DNA from: an uncultured Chloroflexia bacterium
Lineage (GTDB): Bacteria; Chloroflexota; Ktedonobacteria; Ktedonobacterales; JADMIN01
Assembly (NCBI GenBank): GCA_963841205.1
Contig: CAWJCH010000015.1
Location: 400,958 to 464,957 of the forward strand
DNA length: 64,000 nucleotides
Direction of reading: 5' to 3'
Part shown: one piece after another, positions 1 to 8,439 of the stretch
How positions within the stretch are numbered: the stretch's first letter is position 1
How the letters are laid out: every line of letters begins with the position of its first letter
Position numbers and translations under genes: made by a program
The notes under the pieces: model-generated
Told to the model about the DNA's origin: nothing
What the model saw: the letters and a program-made list of their open reading frames with translations, nothing else
Databases searched by the model: none

Positions 1-2
1 CC

Positions 3-1130
3 GCGTTCGCCGTCAACCCACTCTCGCTGCCGCAGCCCGATCCGGTGCGCTATGCCGCCTACGGCATCAGCTTCGCCGTCATGATGCTCGCCATCGACCT
101 CCTGACGCTCTGGCTCGTCATGCGCGCGGCCCACCGCCTACTGCCCAGTGATGCGCTCGGCATCAAGTCAGCATTTCTTTACATCGGTCTCGTTTTCCTT
201 ACAGGTGCGCTGCTGCAGAAGTTCGAGTTGGCCGCGGGCGCGCTCTGCCTCGTCGCCGTGTTGGCCTTGGTGACGGAGCGCCATGCCCTGGCCGGCGCCC
301 TCCTCGGCCTCGCCGCCCTCGTCAAGGGATTCCCCGCTTTGGCGCTGCCGATCTTCGCGGCTATCGTCATCATCAGCGCGGGCCAGGGCTTCACAGTCGC
401 GGCGTTGAAATTGCAGGCGCTCCCACTGCGCCGACTTCTCGGCGCCTTCGCACTCGTCGTTGGCGGGGCGACGCTCGCGGTGGCTTTTTGGGCCGGCTTC
501 GGTGCGATATGGCACACCGTGACGTATCATACCGGGAGGGGCACGGAGATCGAAAGCATCTACGGCAACGTCCTCTTGCTTATCTCTTGGCTGCCGGGGC
601 TGCGCGCGACGACGTCCTTCAGCGGCGAAGATCTCTCGCGCGTCGTCATCTCGCCGCTCAACGGCGAGATGGGTGTGCTGGCGGCCTTGGCGCTGCTCGT
701 CGGCGTCGCGCTGGCGTACTTCGCCACCTGGAGGGCACTGCGACGCGCCGGTGACGGGCGAGCCGTCGCCGGCGACCTGCGGCAGCTTGCCGTGATCGCC
801 ACGCTCGCCACGCTGCTGGCTTTCGAGGTGACGTTCCGTGCGCTGCCGGCGCACTACCTGCTCGACGCGGTACCGCTCGCCGTGCTCGTCCGTCTGCCAG
901 ATCGGCGATGGGCGCGCTGGTGGGTCGTCGCGCTGGTGGGCATCACGCTCGTCAGCCAGGTCATCATCTCGACGTGGCACGATCTGGCTATCTTGTTGCT
1001 GCCCTGGTCGGTGATCTTGCTGACCATCCGGAGCGCGTGCTGGGTGCTGGCGGCTGTGGCGCTGGTGATGAGCCTATGGCGCTGGCCGAGGAGTGCGCAG
1101 TCCGGGCGCTCCCCACAGCCCGCCGATTGA
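3..1130 (+). CDS. GT-C fold membrane glycosyltransferase (GT87/DUF2029-like), 5' truncated by window edge
   Basis: Frame is open from base 3. Multi-TM protein with K-x-F-P (LVKGFPAL) and RGxEIES motifs typical of GT87-like proteins. Confidence 0.65.
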   Translation, partial: AFAVNPLSLPQPDPVRYAAYGISFAVMMLAIDLLTLWLVMRAAHRLLPSDALGIKSAFLYIGLVFLTGALLQKFELAAGALCLVAVLALVTERHALAGALLGLAALVKGFPALALPIFAAIVIISAGQGFTVAALKLQALPLRRLLGAFALVVGGATLAVAFWAGFGAIWHTVTYHTGRGTEIESIYGNVLLLISWLPGLRATTSFSGEDLSRVVISPLNGEMGVLAALALLVGVALAYFATWRALRRAGDGRAVAGDLRQLAVIATLATLLAFEVTFRALPAHYLLDAVPLAVLVRLPDRRWARWWVVALVGITLVSQVIISTWHDLAILLLPWSVILLTIRSACWVLAAVALVMSLWRWPRSAQSGRSPQPAD

Positions 1131-1139
1131 GGAGTTTCG

Positions 1140-4100
1140 GTGATGGCGACGAAGCGAGGCGCGAGCGCGACGCGGCAGCGGGACGATCCCGCCGTCGCGT
1201 CGCAGCCGACCGCCCTACCCGTCATCCCGCGCATCCCCGGCTTCAGCCCGCGGGCTGAAGATCGCTTCGCCGTCATCCTGCGCCGCATCCCGCCGACGCG
1301 CCTGCTCATCGCTTCGGCCGCCATCTCGGGGTTGATCTACCTCGGGTTCACCCTCGCCTTCCCCATCACCACCTGGTGGAACCATCCGCACACCGCCGAT
1401 AGCGCCGACGCCATCAACGACCTCGGTCGCATCACCGCCTACAGCCCCTTCGCCGCCGTGGCCTTCGTCCTCGCTATCGTCGCGCTCTTCGCCTGCCAAT
1501 TCTTCGCCTACGTCGCCACCTCCACCAGCGCCGAGGGCCCCGCGAACGCGCCGGGCGCGCGGCTGCGCGAGCGTCTCGTACTCTTTGTGCCGCTGGCCTT
1601 CGGCGCCGTGTTGATCTGGATGCAGCCCGTCACCACCACCGATCTGTACGGCTACATCGCCCGTGGCTACCTCTACGCGCAGCTGCACCTGAACCCGATG
1701 ACGCACATCGCCTCGGATCTGCCCGGCGGCCTCAGCGTCGATCGTCCGCCTTCGCCATACGGCCCGGCTTGGCTCCTCGTGACGTGGCTCTTCTCGCGGA
1801 TCAGCGGCGAAGACCTGCTGCTCAACATGCTCCTATTCAAGGTCGTCGGGTTCCTCTCCGTGGCCAGCGCGATCTGGCTGGTGGACTACCTGGCGCGCAA
1901 GCTGTATCCCGCGCGCCGGCTGCGCATACTCGTGCTCTTCGGCTGGAGCCCTTTGCTGCTTTTCGAGGCGGTGGGCAACGGCCACAACGACATCGTCATG
2001 ATGGTCTGCGTGCTGGCGGCCTTCGTGCTGATGTATCGCGGTTACGCGCGGACCGCCTTCGCCCTCTTCCTCGTCGGAGCGCTCATCAAGTACGTCTCCA
2101 TCGTCTTCCTGCCGCTCTGGCTCGTCTATGAGCTGCGACAGTACGCGCTCGCCGAGACCGCGGGCGCGGCCTCTTCCCGGCCATTCGCGCGGCGTGTCTC
2201 CACCTCGCGCGCGCTGAACTCCGCCCGCCGTCTGATGGACACCGCCGCGACGACCATCCGCGAGGTCGATCTCCGCGCCGCGACTTGGCTGATCGCCCAA
2301 TGCAGCGTGATCGGCATCGCACTGATCGCACTTTGCTACGCGCCGTTCTGGGCCGGCATCCAGACCTTCACAGGGTTGGGACAGCAGATTCGCCCGCAGT
2401 ACTACAACAGTTCGATAGTCGGCTTCATCGCCGCGCCGCTGGAGCAGTTGGTCTCGACAAACAAACAAGCCGCGCTCGACAAAACGATCCGACTGCTTTG
2501 TTATGCGGCATTCGCCTGCTACACGCTGATCCAAATCCAGCGTCTTTGGCGCCGCGGGGCCGACGTGACGATGCGCGACGTCATCACCGCCGCGGCGAAA
2601 ATCACCTTCGCGACGCTCCTCATCATCACATTCTGGTTCCAGCCCTGGTACGTGATCTGGCTGCTACCGCTCGCCGCCCTCGCAGCCGAGCCGTTCGTCC
2701 GCCGCCAGGGCATGTTCTTCGCCCTCGGCGCGCTGATGACCTACGCGGTCAGCAACTTCCTCTTCGTGCAAGACAACGACTTCGCACGCGGGCTCTTCGT
2801 CCAGTTCTTCGAGATCATCGTCGCCTTCGGCCCGCTGCTCCTGATCCGCGCCATGCCAGAGGAGCATGGCTGGAGCGCCATCGCGCGCGAGTATCTCCGC
2901 TCGGCGACGCAGTGGCTGAATAGTCGTCCCGTCTTCTGGGACCGCGTGATGCTGGCGCTCGTCATGCTGGTCGCCGCACTGTTGCGCCTTGTGCGGCTCG
3001 ACAGCAACCTCTTCACCACCATCCCCCGCGACACCTCCACCACCAACATCCTCAAGCAGTTTGGCGGCGACCTACGCCTGCTCCTTTCGGACCCCCAAGG
3101 CCTCAGCAGTCCATTCGCGGCGCTGCAGAACCTCCTCATCGGCATCTTCGGCGACACGCCCTTCGCCGCGCTGCTGCCCTCCGCCATCATCGGCTCGCTG
3201 ACGGTCCTCGCCATCTACCTGCTCACCCTCGAAATCCTGCGGCACGGATCGATGGCTGGTAGGCACACCATCGCATTGCTTGCCGCGCTGCTCGTGGCGA
3301 CCTCCGCCTGGCACGTCTCGCTCAGCCGGTCGGGCACGGAGGTCGTGTCGTTGCCGTTGCTCATGTGCCTCGCGCTGTACTGGCTCCTCAGGTCGCTCCG
3401 GGTCAGCCCGCAACTGCGCGCGACGTCTGTGACAGATTCATCGGGTACCTCCGCCGCCCCGGCCTTCAGCGGCTACAGACCGGTGTTCAGGCGCTTTAAC
3501 CTCTGGCCGCGCGGCGGCATAGTGGGCCTGCGAGGCGACCAGTTCGCCGAGGTCGTCGGTGCGGGTATCTGCACGGGCCTGGCCTGCGATCTGGCGCCGG
3601 GGCTCTGGCTCGTACCCCTAACGATCGTCGCGTTCCTATTGCTCTGGCTCTGGCGCCGGCCGGCGGGATTGAACGTGACGTGGCCCGCCGTGGCCGTGCT
3701 GACGGTCGCGGCTGTCCTCTCTGGTGCGCCTGCGCTCTGGCACTTCGCCAGCCGGTTCATTGGCTTCCCGGAGGGTGCCGCCTTCCTCGCACAGACCAGC
3801 ATCGCCGCACGTCCGGGACCGACGCTCATCTCGATCGTCTTCTGGCAGCAAGTGCTCCGCAACATCGGCGCGACGGTCAATCTGCTCCTCTCGCAAGACT
3901 TCAGCGCGGGCTATCCCTCCACCGGCGGTGCAGCCATCATCCCGGCGCTGTTGCTACCGTTCGCAATCGTCGGCCTCTACACCATCGTCCGCTGGCGAGG
4001 CTACGTCTCACTGGCGATACTCGCCCTCATCGCCCTGCCGCTGATTGCCAGCGTCGCCGTCGGCACCTCGACCAGCGTGATCGACGCGGCGAGCGTCTTG

Positions 4101-4442
4101 CCGGCGCTCTGCATCGTTCCGGCCATCGGCATCTACACCTGTGGCGAATGGGTAGGCAACGCACTGATCGTGCTCGACCGCACCAACGGCACCCGAGTCT
4201 TCTCCACGCCCGAGCACATCGGGCGCATCGTCCTGTTGATATTCCTGCTGGCCAGCACGGTGCGCACGTTCTTCTGGTACTTCGAGGCAACGCTGCCGAC
4301 GCCGACGCAGCAGTGGACGCCGAGCATGACGCCGAGCCACGTGGCGCTTCTCGCACCCGCCCAACTGGCGTCGCCCTCACGGCAGATCGTGATACAAGGA
4401 CTTTCAGCGACCGAGGGCACGACCTTCTGGCGAGCGGATTGA
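1140..4442 (+). CDS. Large polytopic protein: N-terminal MptA/MptB (GT87)-like domain fused to C-terminal ArnT/PMT (GT39/83)-like domain
   Basis: N-half has TDLYGYIARG, SPYGPAW, GNGHNDIVM and WFQPWY. C-half has ALLRLVRL...AALLVATSAWHVSLSR, which is ArnT-like. Confidence 0.7.
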   Translation: MMATKRGASATRQRDDPAVASQPTALPVIPRIPGFSPRAEDRFAVILRRIPPTRLLIASAAISGLIYLGFTLAFPITTWWNHPHTADSADAINDLGRITAYSPFAAVAFVLAIVALFACQFFAYVATSTSAEGPANAPGARLRERLVLFVPLAFGAVLIWMQPVTTTDLYGYIARGYLYAQLHLNPMTHIASDLPGGLSVDRPPSPYGPAWLLVTWLFSRISGEDLLLNMLLFKVVGFLSVASAIWLVDYLARKLYPARRLRILVLFGWSPLLLFEAVGNGHNDIVMMVCVLAAFVLMYRGYARTAFALFLVGALIKYVSIVFLPLWLVYELRQYALAETAGAASSRPFARRVSTSRALNSARRLMDTAATTIREVDLRAATWLIAQCSVIGIALIALCYAPFWAGIQTFTGLGQQIRPQYYNSSIVGFIAAPLEQLVSTNKQAALDKTIRLLCYAAFACYTLIQIQRLWRRGADVTMRDVITAAAKITFATLLIITFWFQPWYVIWLLPLAALAAEPFVRRQGMFFALGALMTYAVSNFLFVQDNDFARGLFVQFFEIIVAFGPLLLIRAMPEEHGWSAIAREYLRSATQWLNSRPVFWDRVMLALVMLVAALLRLVRLDSNLFTTIPRDTSTTNILKQFGGDLRLLLSDPQGLSSPFAALQNLLIGIFGDTPFAALLPSAIIGSLTVLAIYLLTLEILRHGSMAGRHTIALLAALLVATSAWHVSLSRSGTEVVSLPLLMCLALYWLLRSLRVSPQLRATSVTDSSGTSAAPAFSGYRPVFRRFNLWPRGGIVGLRGDQFAEVVGAGICTGLACDLAPGLWLVPLTIVAFLLLWLWRRPAGLNVTWPAVAVLTVAAVLSGAPALWHFASRFIGFPEGAAFLAQTSIAARPGPTLISIVFWQQVLRNIGATVNLLLSQDFSAGYPSTGGAAIIPALLLPFAIVGLYTIVRWRGYVSLAILALIALPLIASVAVGTSTSVIDAASVLPALCIVPAIGIYTCGEWVGNALIVLDRTNGTRVFSTPEHIGRIVLLIFLLASTVRTFFWYFEATLPTPTQQWTPSMTPSHVALLAPAQLASPSRQIVIQGLSATEGTTFWRAD

Positions 4443-4531
4443 AGGAACCCACGCATCTCGTGTTGTATCAATGACGGCCTTATCATGGTCCGTCTCTGAT
4501 CGTTCAACGCGCACCCGATGAGGAGTACTCG

Positions 4532-5251
4532 ATGTCGTCACCGTCCGCAGAGGAGAAGCAGCGCGCCGCAGAGATCCTGCTGGAGCTGAAGCGACTCTAT
4601 CCCGATGCCCGTTGCGCGCTCAACTTCACCTCGGCGCTAGAGCTGCTGGTTGCCACCATCCTCGCCGCGCAGTGCACCGATGAGCGCGTCAACCAGGTGA
4701 CGACCACCCTCTTCAAGAAATACCCCACCGCGGCGGCCTACGCGAGCTCCGCGCAGGAGGAGTTGGAGCAGGACGTCAAGTCGACCGGCTTCTATCGCAA
4801 TAAGGCCAAGAACGTGCGAGCGATGGCGCAGGTGTTGGTTGATCGATATGGTGGCGAGGTGCCGCGCACGATGGACGAGCTGACGGCGCTGCCCGGCGTC
4901 GCGCGCAAAACGGCGAACGTCGTCCTTGGCAACGCCTACAACATCGTCGTGGGCATCGCCGTCGATACGCACATGCTTCGTCTCGCGCGCCGCTTCGGCT
5001 GGACCACGAGCGAGGACCCCGTGCAGGTCGAGCGCGACGTCATGCTCCTTTTCCCGCAGGATGAATGGGTACATCTCTCGCACCTGATCCAGTATCATGG
5101 GCGCGCCGTCTGCCGCGCGCCGAAACCACTCTGCGAGTCCTGCACGCTCGTGCCGCTCTGTCCGACGGGTCAAGAGCGCCTGGCCGCAGGTGGCGCGCCC
5201 GCGCCCGTTGCGACGAAGAAGGTGGCGGGCCGCGCGCGGGCCGCCAAGTGA
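4532..5251 (+). CDS. nth: Endonuclease III
   Basis: LLVATILAAQCTDERVN, HhH motif LPGVARKTANVV, VDTH, and C-x6-C-x2-C-x5-C Fe-S motif. RBS GAGGAG upstream. Confidence 0.97.
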   Translation: MSSPSAEEKQRAAEILLELKRLYPDARCALNFTSALELLVATILAAQCTDERVNQVTTTLFKKYPTAAAYASSAQEELEQDVKSTGFYRNKAKNVRAMAQVLVDRYGGEVPRTMDELTALPGVARKTANVVLGNAYNIVVGIAVDTHMLRLARRFGWTTSEDPVQVERDVMLLFPQDEWVHLSHLIQYHGRAVCRAPKPLCESCTLVPLCPTGQERLAAGGAPAPVATKKVAGRARAAK

Positions 5252-5315
5252 GGATCGCGTCGTCCGCGCTCGGCAGGAAGTTGCGGTGCATGCCGCGAGG
5301 GGATGAGGTGACCGC

Positions 5316-6851
5316 GTGGGCATCGAGCTTCGGGCGCGACTCTCGGCGCTGCGCCGTCGCGCGGTGAGCATGCGCGGCACCCCCACGGCGAGACCTGCGC
5401 GCGGCGAAGGCTTCCTGGTGGCGATGGTCCTCGCAGCCGCGGCCTACTTCGTCCCGCGCGGGATCTCGTGGAACGCCGATACCCACATGTTCCTCACCGC
5501 CAGCATCGTCGATCGCGGCTCGCTGAACATCGATCCCTTCGCCCAGCTCACCGGGGATCTTGCCTTGGCAAACGGCCACTTCTTCGCCGACAAGGCTCCT
5601 GGGCTCTCGCTCATCGCGGTGCCTTTCTATCTGCTGATCAAGTTCACCCTGCTCGGTGGGCACCCGCTCACCAGCCTCTACGCCGTCCCCGATCCGCAGC
5701 GGATCGACTTCCTCGTGCGCTACCTGCTGGCGCTGACCTACGCCGGCGTGCCGACCACGGCGGTCACGGTGATGCTCTACCGCTTCCTGCCTCGCTTGGG
5801 CCTCAGCACGCTCTGGAGCGCAGCAGTTGCCCTTGCCTATGGACTCGCCACGCCCGCTCGCGCCTTCGCCGACCAATTCTTCAGCCATCAACTAGTGGCC
5901 GCGCTGCTATTCGGCGCGTTCCTGCTGCTATATCGGGCGCGCCACACCGGCGTATCCACCACGTACGCGCTCTTCGCGGGGCTTTTGCTGGGCTGGTCGA
6001 TCATCTCGGAGTATCCGACGGCCCTGATCGCCTTGGCCCTCGGCGTCTTCGCGCTGACCAGCCCGAACGGCGGCAGGCGGCTCGCGATGCTCGTCGCCGC
6101 CGGAGCCGCGCCCGCCCTTTTGATCGGCGCGCTCTACAACACGTTGGCCTTCGGCGGCCCGCTCAACACCGGCTACAGCCACCTGGCGGGCCCGGAGGTC
6201 TTCCGCACCGGCCAGGGCCAGGGCCTCCTTGGCGTCACCGTGCCGCACCTCGACGCGCTCTGGCAAACCACCTTTGGCCCCTATCGCGGCATCTTCCTGC
6301 TCTCGCCGGTGCTGCTGCTGGCCGTACCGGGCTTCGTCGCACTCCGGCGCCGCGCGGCGTGGCGGGCCGAATCGCGGCTCTGGCTTGCCATCGTGGCCGT
6401 CTATGCGCTCTTCACGCTCTCTTATTTCGCCTGGGACGGCGGTTATAGCCTGGGTCCGCGCGACTTCCTGCCTGCGCTGCCGTTCCTGATGCTGCCCATC
6501 GGGGCGCTCCTAACAGCGGGACGCGATCCGCGTTGGCGCTTCGCTTTCGCCGCACTAGCAACCTGCTCGGCACTGATCGTCAATCTGGCGACGGCTGTAG
6601 GACCACTCTTTTCGCCCGCATTTGATTCGCCGCTGACACAATGGGTGTGGCCGCGACTGCTCGCCGGCCAGCTCGACAACAACTGGGGCATGGTCTTCGG
6701 CCTTCCCGGCATCCTCCAACTGCTGCCGCTCTGCCTGATCCTCGGCGGCATCGCCGTGCTCTATTGGCGGCGGGTAGGCAAGCATGCTACACTTGCCGCC
6801 ACCGGGCGTGAGCCGGTGGCTGAGGGATCGGTGGCAGCGGCGAGACACTAA
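5316..6851 (+). CDS. GT-C-like multi-pass membrane protein
   Basis: 511 aa hydrophobic ORF with DKAPGLS and WDGGYSLGPR motifs seen in PMT-like proteins. Start uncertain. Confidence 0.6.
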   Translation: MGIELRARLSALRRRAVSMRGTPTARPARGEGFLVAMVLAAAAYFVPRGISWNADTHMFLTASIVDRGSLNIDPFAQLTGDLALANGHFFADKAPGLSLIAVPFYLLIKFTLLGGHPLTSLYAVPDPQRIDFLVRYLLALTYAGVPTTAVTVMLYRFLPRLGLSTLWSAAVALAYGLATPARAFADQFFSHQLVAALLFGAFLLLYRARHTGVSTTYALFAGLLLGWSIISEYPTALIALALGVFALTSPNGGRRLAMLVAAGAAPALLIGALYNTLAFGGPLNTGYSHLAGPEVFRTGQGQGLLGVTVPHLDALWQTTFGPYRGIFLLSPVLLLAVPGFVALRRRAAWRAESRLWLAIVAVYALFTLSYFAWDGGYSLGPRDFLPALPFLMLPIGALLTAGRDPRWRFAFAALATCSALIVNLATAVGPLFSPAFDSPLTQWVWPRLLAGQLDNNWGMVFGLPGILQLLPLCLILGGIAVLYWRRVGKHATLAATGREPVAEGSVAAARH

Positions 6852-6962
6852 AATTCGCGCTCCGGCACAGTCGCCGCGTCGCGCCATTGTCTCACCGGCA
6901 TAGTGAGATCACCTCAGTACTGAAGCACGTGGGATCGACAAACGGGAGATGCGGCAACGAGC

Positions 6963-8309
6963 ATGGTCGAACAGCGCGGCAATGCCGGCCAGTCCGAGGC
7001 GCGCCTGCTGAACCTCGCCGGAGTACTCCTCCTGCTGGTGGGCGCGCTCGTCGGGTGGCTGGCCCCTCGACTCGCACTCGATCTCCCCGCAGTGGCATTC
7101 TTCGCGTCGCCCGCAGCGCAACCAGGAGTAGATGTCAATAGCTTTCTCGGAGCGGACATCACTGCGCTGGCCGTGATCATCGCCGTGGTGATCGGCTTCA
7201 ACGCGACAACGCTCCAGATCGCGGGGCAGGCGCACTCGCTCGGCTTGGTGCGCAGCATCCTGCGCTCGCTGACCCCGTTCCTGCTCTGCTGGAGCGTCAC
7301 GACCGGCGTCCTTCTTGTCTACTTCCCAGAGCCCCCACGGTACGCCGGCCAACTCTGGCAGATGCTCTGCTGGTTCGCCGCGATCGTCGTGCTGATGCTC
7401 GGTTATCTCTGGAACCTCCCCTGGCGGCTCTCCGGCGAGTACGTCGGTTGGTGGGCGTTGCGCAGCTTGCGCGGGCGACCAATCGCGCAGTGGGAGACGC
7501 TCGACGCCTATTCGGTGCTGCAATCGGCCGTCGCCTCGGCAAGCGCCAGGGGCGACATCGGCACGATGCGCTCGATCATCTCGGCCGTCGCCCTCTACCT
7601 TGCCGGATTGCACGATCAGGATCCGAAGGCGAAGGATGGCTATGACCGCCGGCGCTACCGCGCGCTCAAGAATCTGCTGAGCGGCTGCGCGCAGAACGCG
7701 GCCCAGGGCTCCAACGCGACTGCCTATCACCTCGGGCGCTTGCAGGCGGGCATCCTTCTGCAGGCCGTCGCGGTCGGCCACCGGATGGACGATGCCGATC
7801 ACAACCTCTTCTCCACGCTGCTCAGCATCCTGCGAAGCGCACCGGATCGCTACAACACCGTCTGGACTGGCCTGCGCCACGGACTCTGTCGAGGCGGCGA
7901 CGGACGCCAGCGATACCTCCTGGTGTTCTGGCGTCAGCAACCGCAGTCGGCGCAGGACGATCCTCTGCACATCGAGGGCATCGCGGGGGCGCTGACCTTC
8001 TTCCATGCCGGCGTCCGGAGCGAGCTGCGCTTGGCCCGCCTCGCTGGGGCCGCCGACGCCGAATCCGCCGAGATGGCGCTCGACCTCTACCGCGACCTGA
8101 CGATTCACCTCGGCAAAGAGATGGCCCAGGATCGCCACGCGCCGAGCGACGCCGTGGCCAGCGCGCCACTGCACCTTCTCGACGCCACGCACCGGCAGAT
8201 CCTCGCGCGCTGGCCGGAGATCGAATCTCCCGATCATCGTGCGCGCATCGTCGCGGCATACGACCAGCGGCGCGCGGAGTTGGCAGCGTTACTCGCGGGG
8301 AGGAGATGA
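6963..8309 (+). CDS. Hypothetical protein with about four N-terminal TM helices and a helical soluble domain
   Basis: 448 aa ORF with host-like codon use and hydrophobic N-terminus. Confidence 0.6.
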   Translation: MVEQRGNAGQSEARLLNLAGVLLLLVGALVGWLAPRLALDLPAVAFFASPAAQPGVDVNSFLGADITALAVIIAVVIGFNATTLQIAGQAHSLGLVRSILRSLTPFLLCWSVTTGVLLVYFPEPPRYAGQLWQMLCWFAAIVVLMLGYLWNLPWRLSGEYVGWWALRSLRGRPIAQWETLDAYSVLQSAVASASARGDIGTMRSIISAVALYLAGLHDQDPKAKDGYDRRRYRALKNLLSGCAQNAAQGSNATAYHLGRLQAGILLQAVAVGHRMDDADHNLFSTLLSILRSAPDRYNTVWTGLRHGLCRGGDGRQRYLLVFWRQQPQSAQDDPLHIEGIAGALTFFHAGVRSELRLARLAGAADAESAEMALDLYRDLTIHLGKEMAQDRHAPSDAVASAPLHLLDATHRQILARWPEIESPDHRARIVAAYDQRRAELAALLAGRR

Positions 8310-8439
8310 CGAGTCCCCTCGACGTCACCTGCATACCGCAGCGTCGCCTCTGCCGCACGGGATTCACCCCGGCCTGAATACCGGGGAGCGCCACAACTCC
8401 CCACCACGTAACGACGAGTTGTAACGCTCTTCCGCCGCC

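Noticed and set aside
8366-8390. Hairpin CCCCGGCCTGAATACCGGGG resembling an IS200/IS605 end
   Set aside because: A single isolated hairpin between convergent genes with no partner end; may be a terminator or relic.
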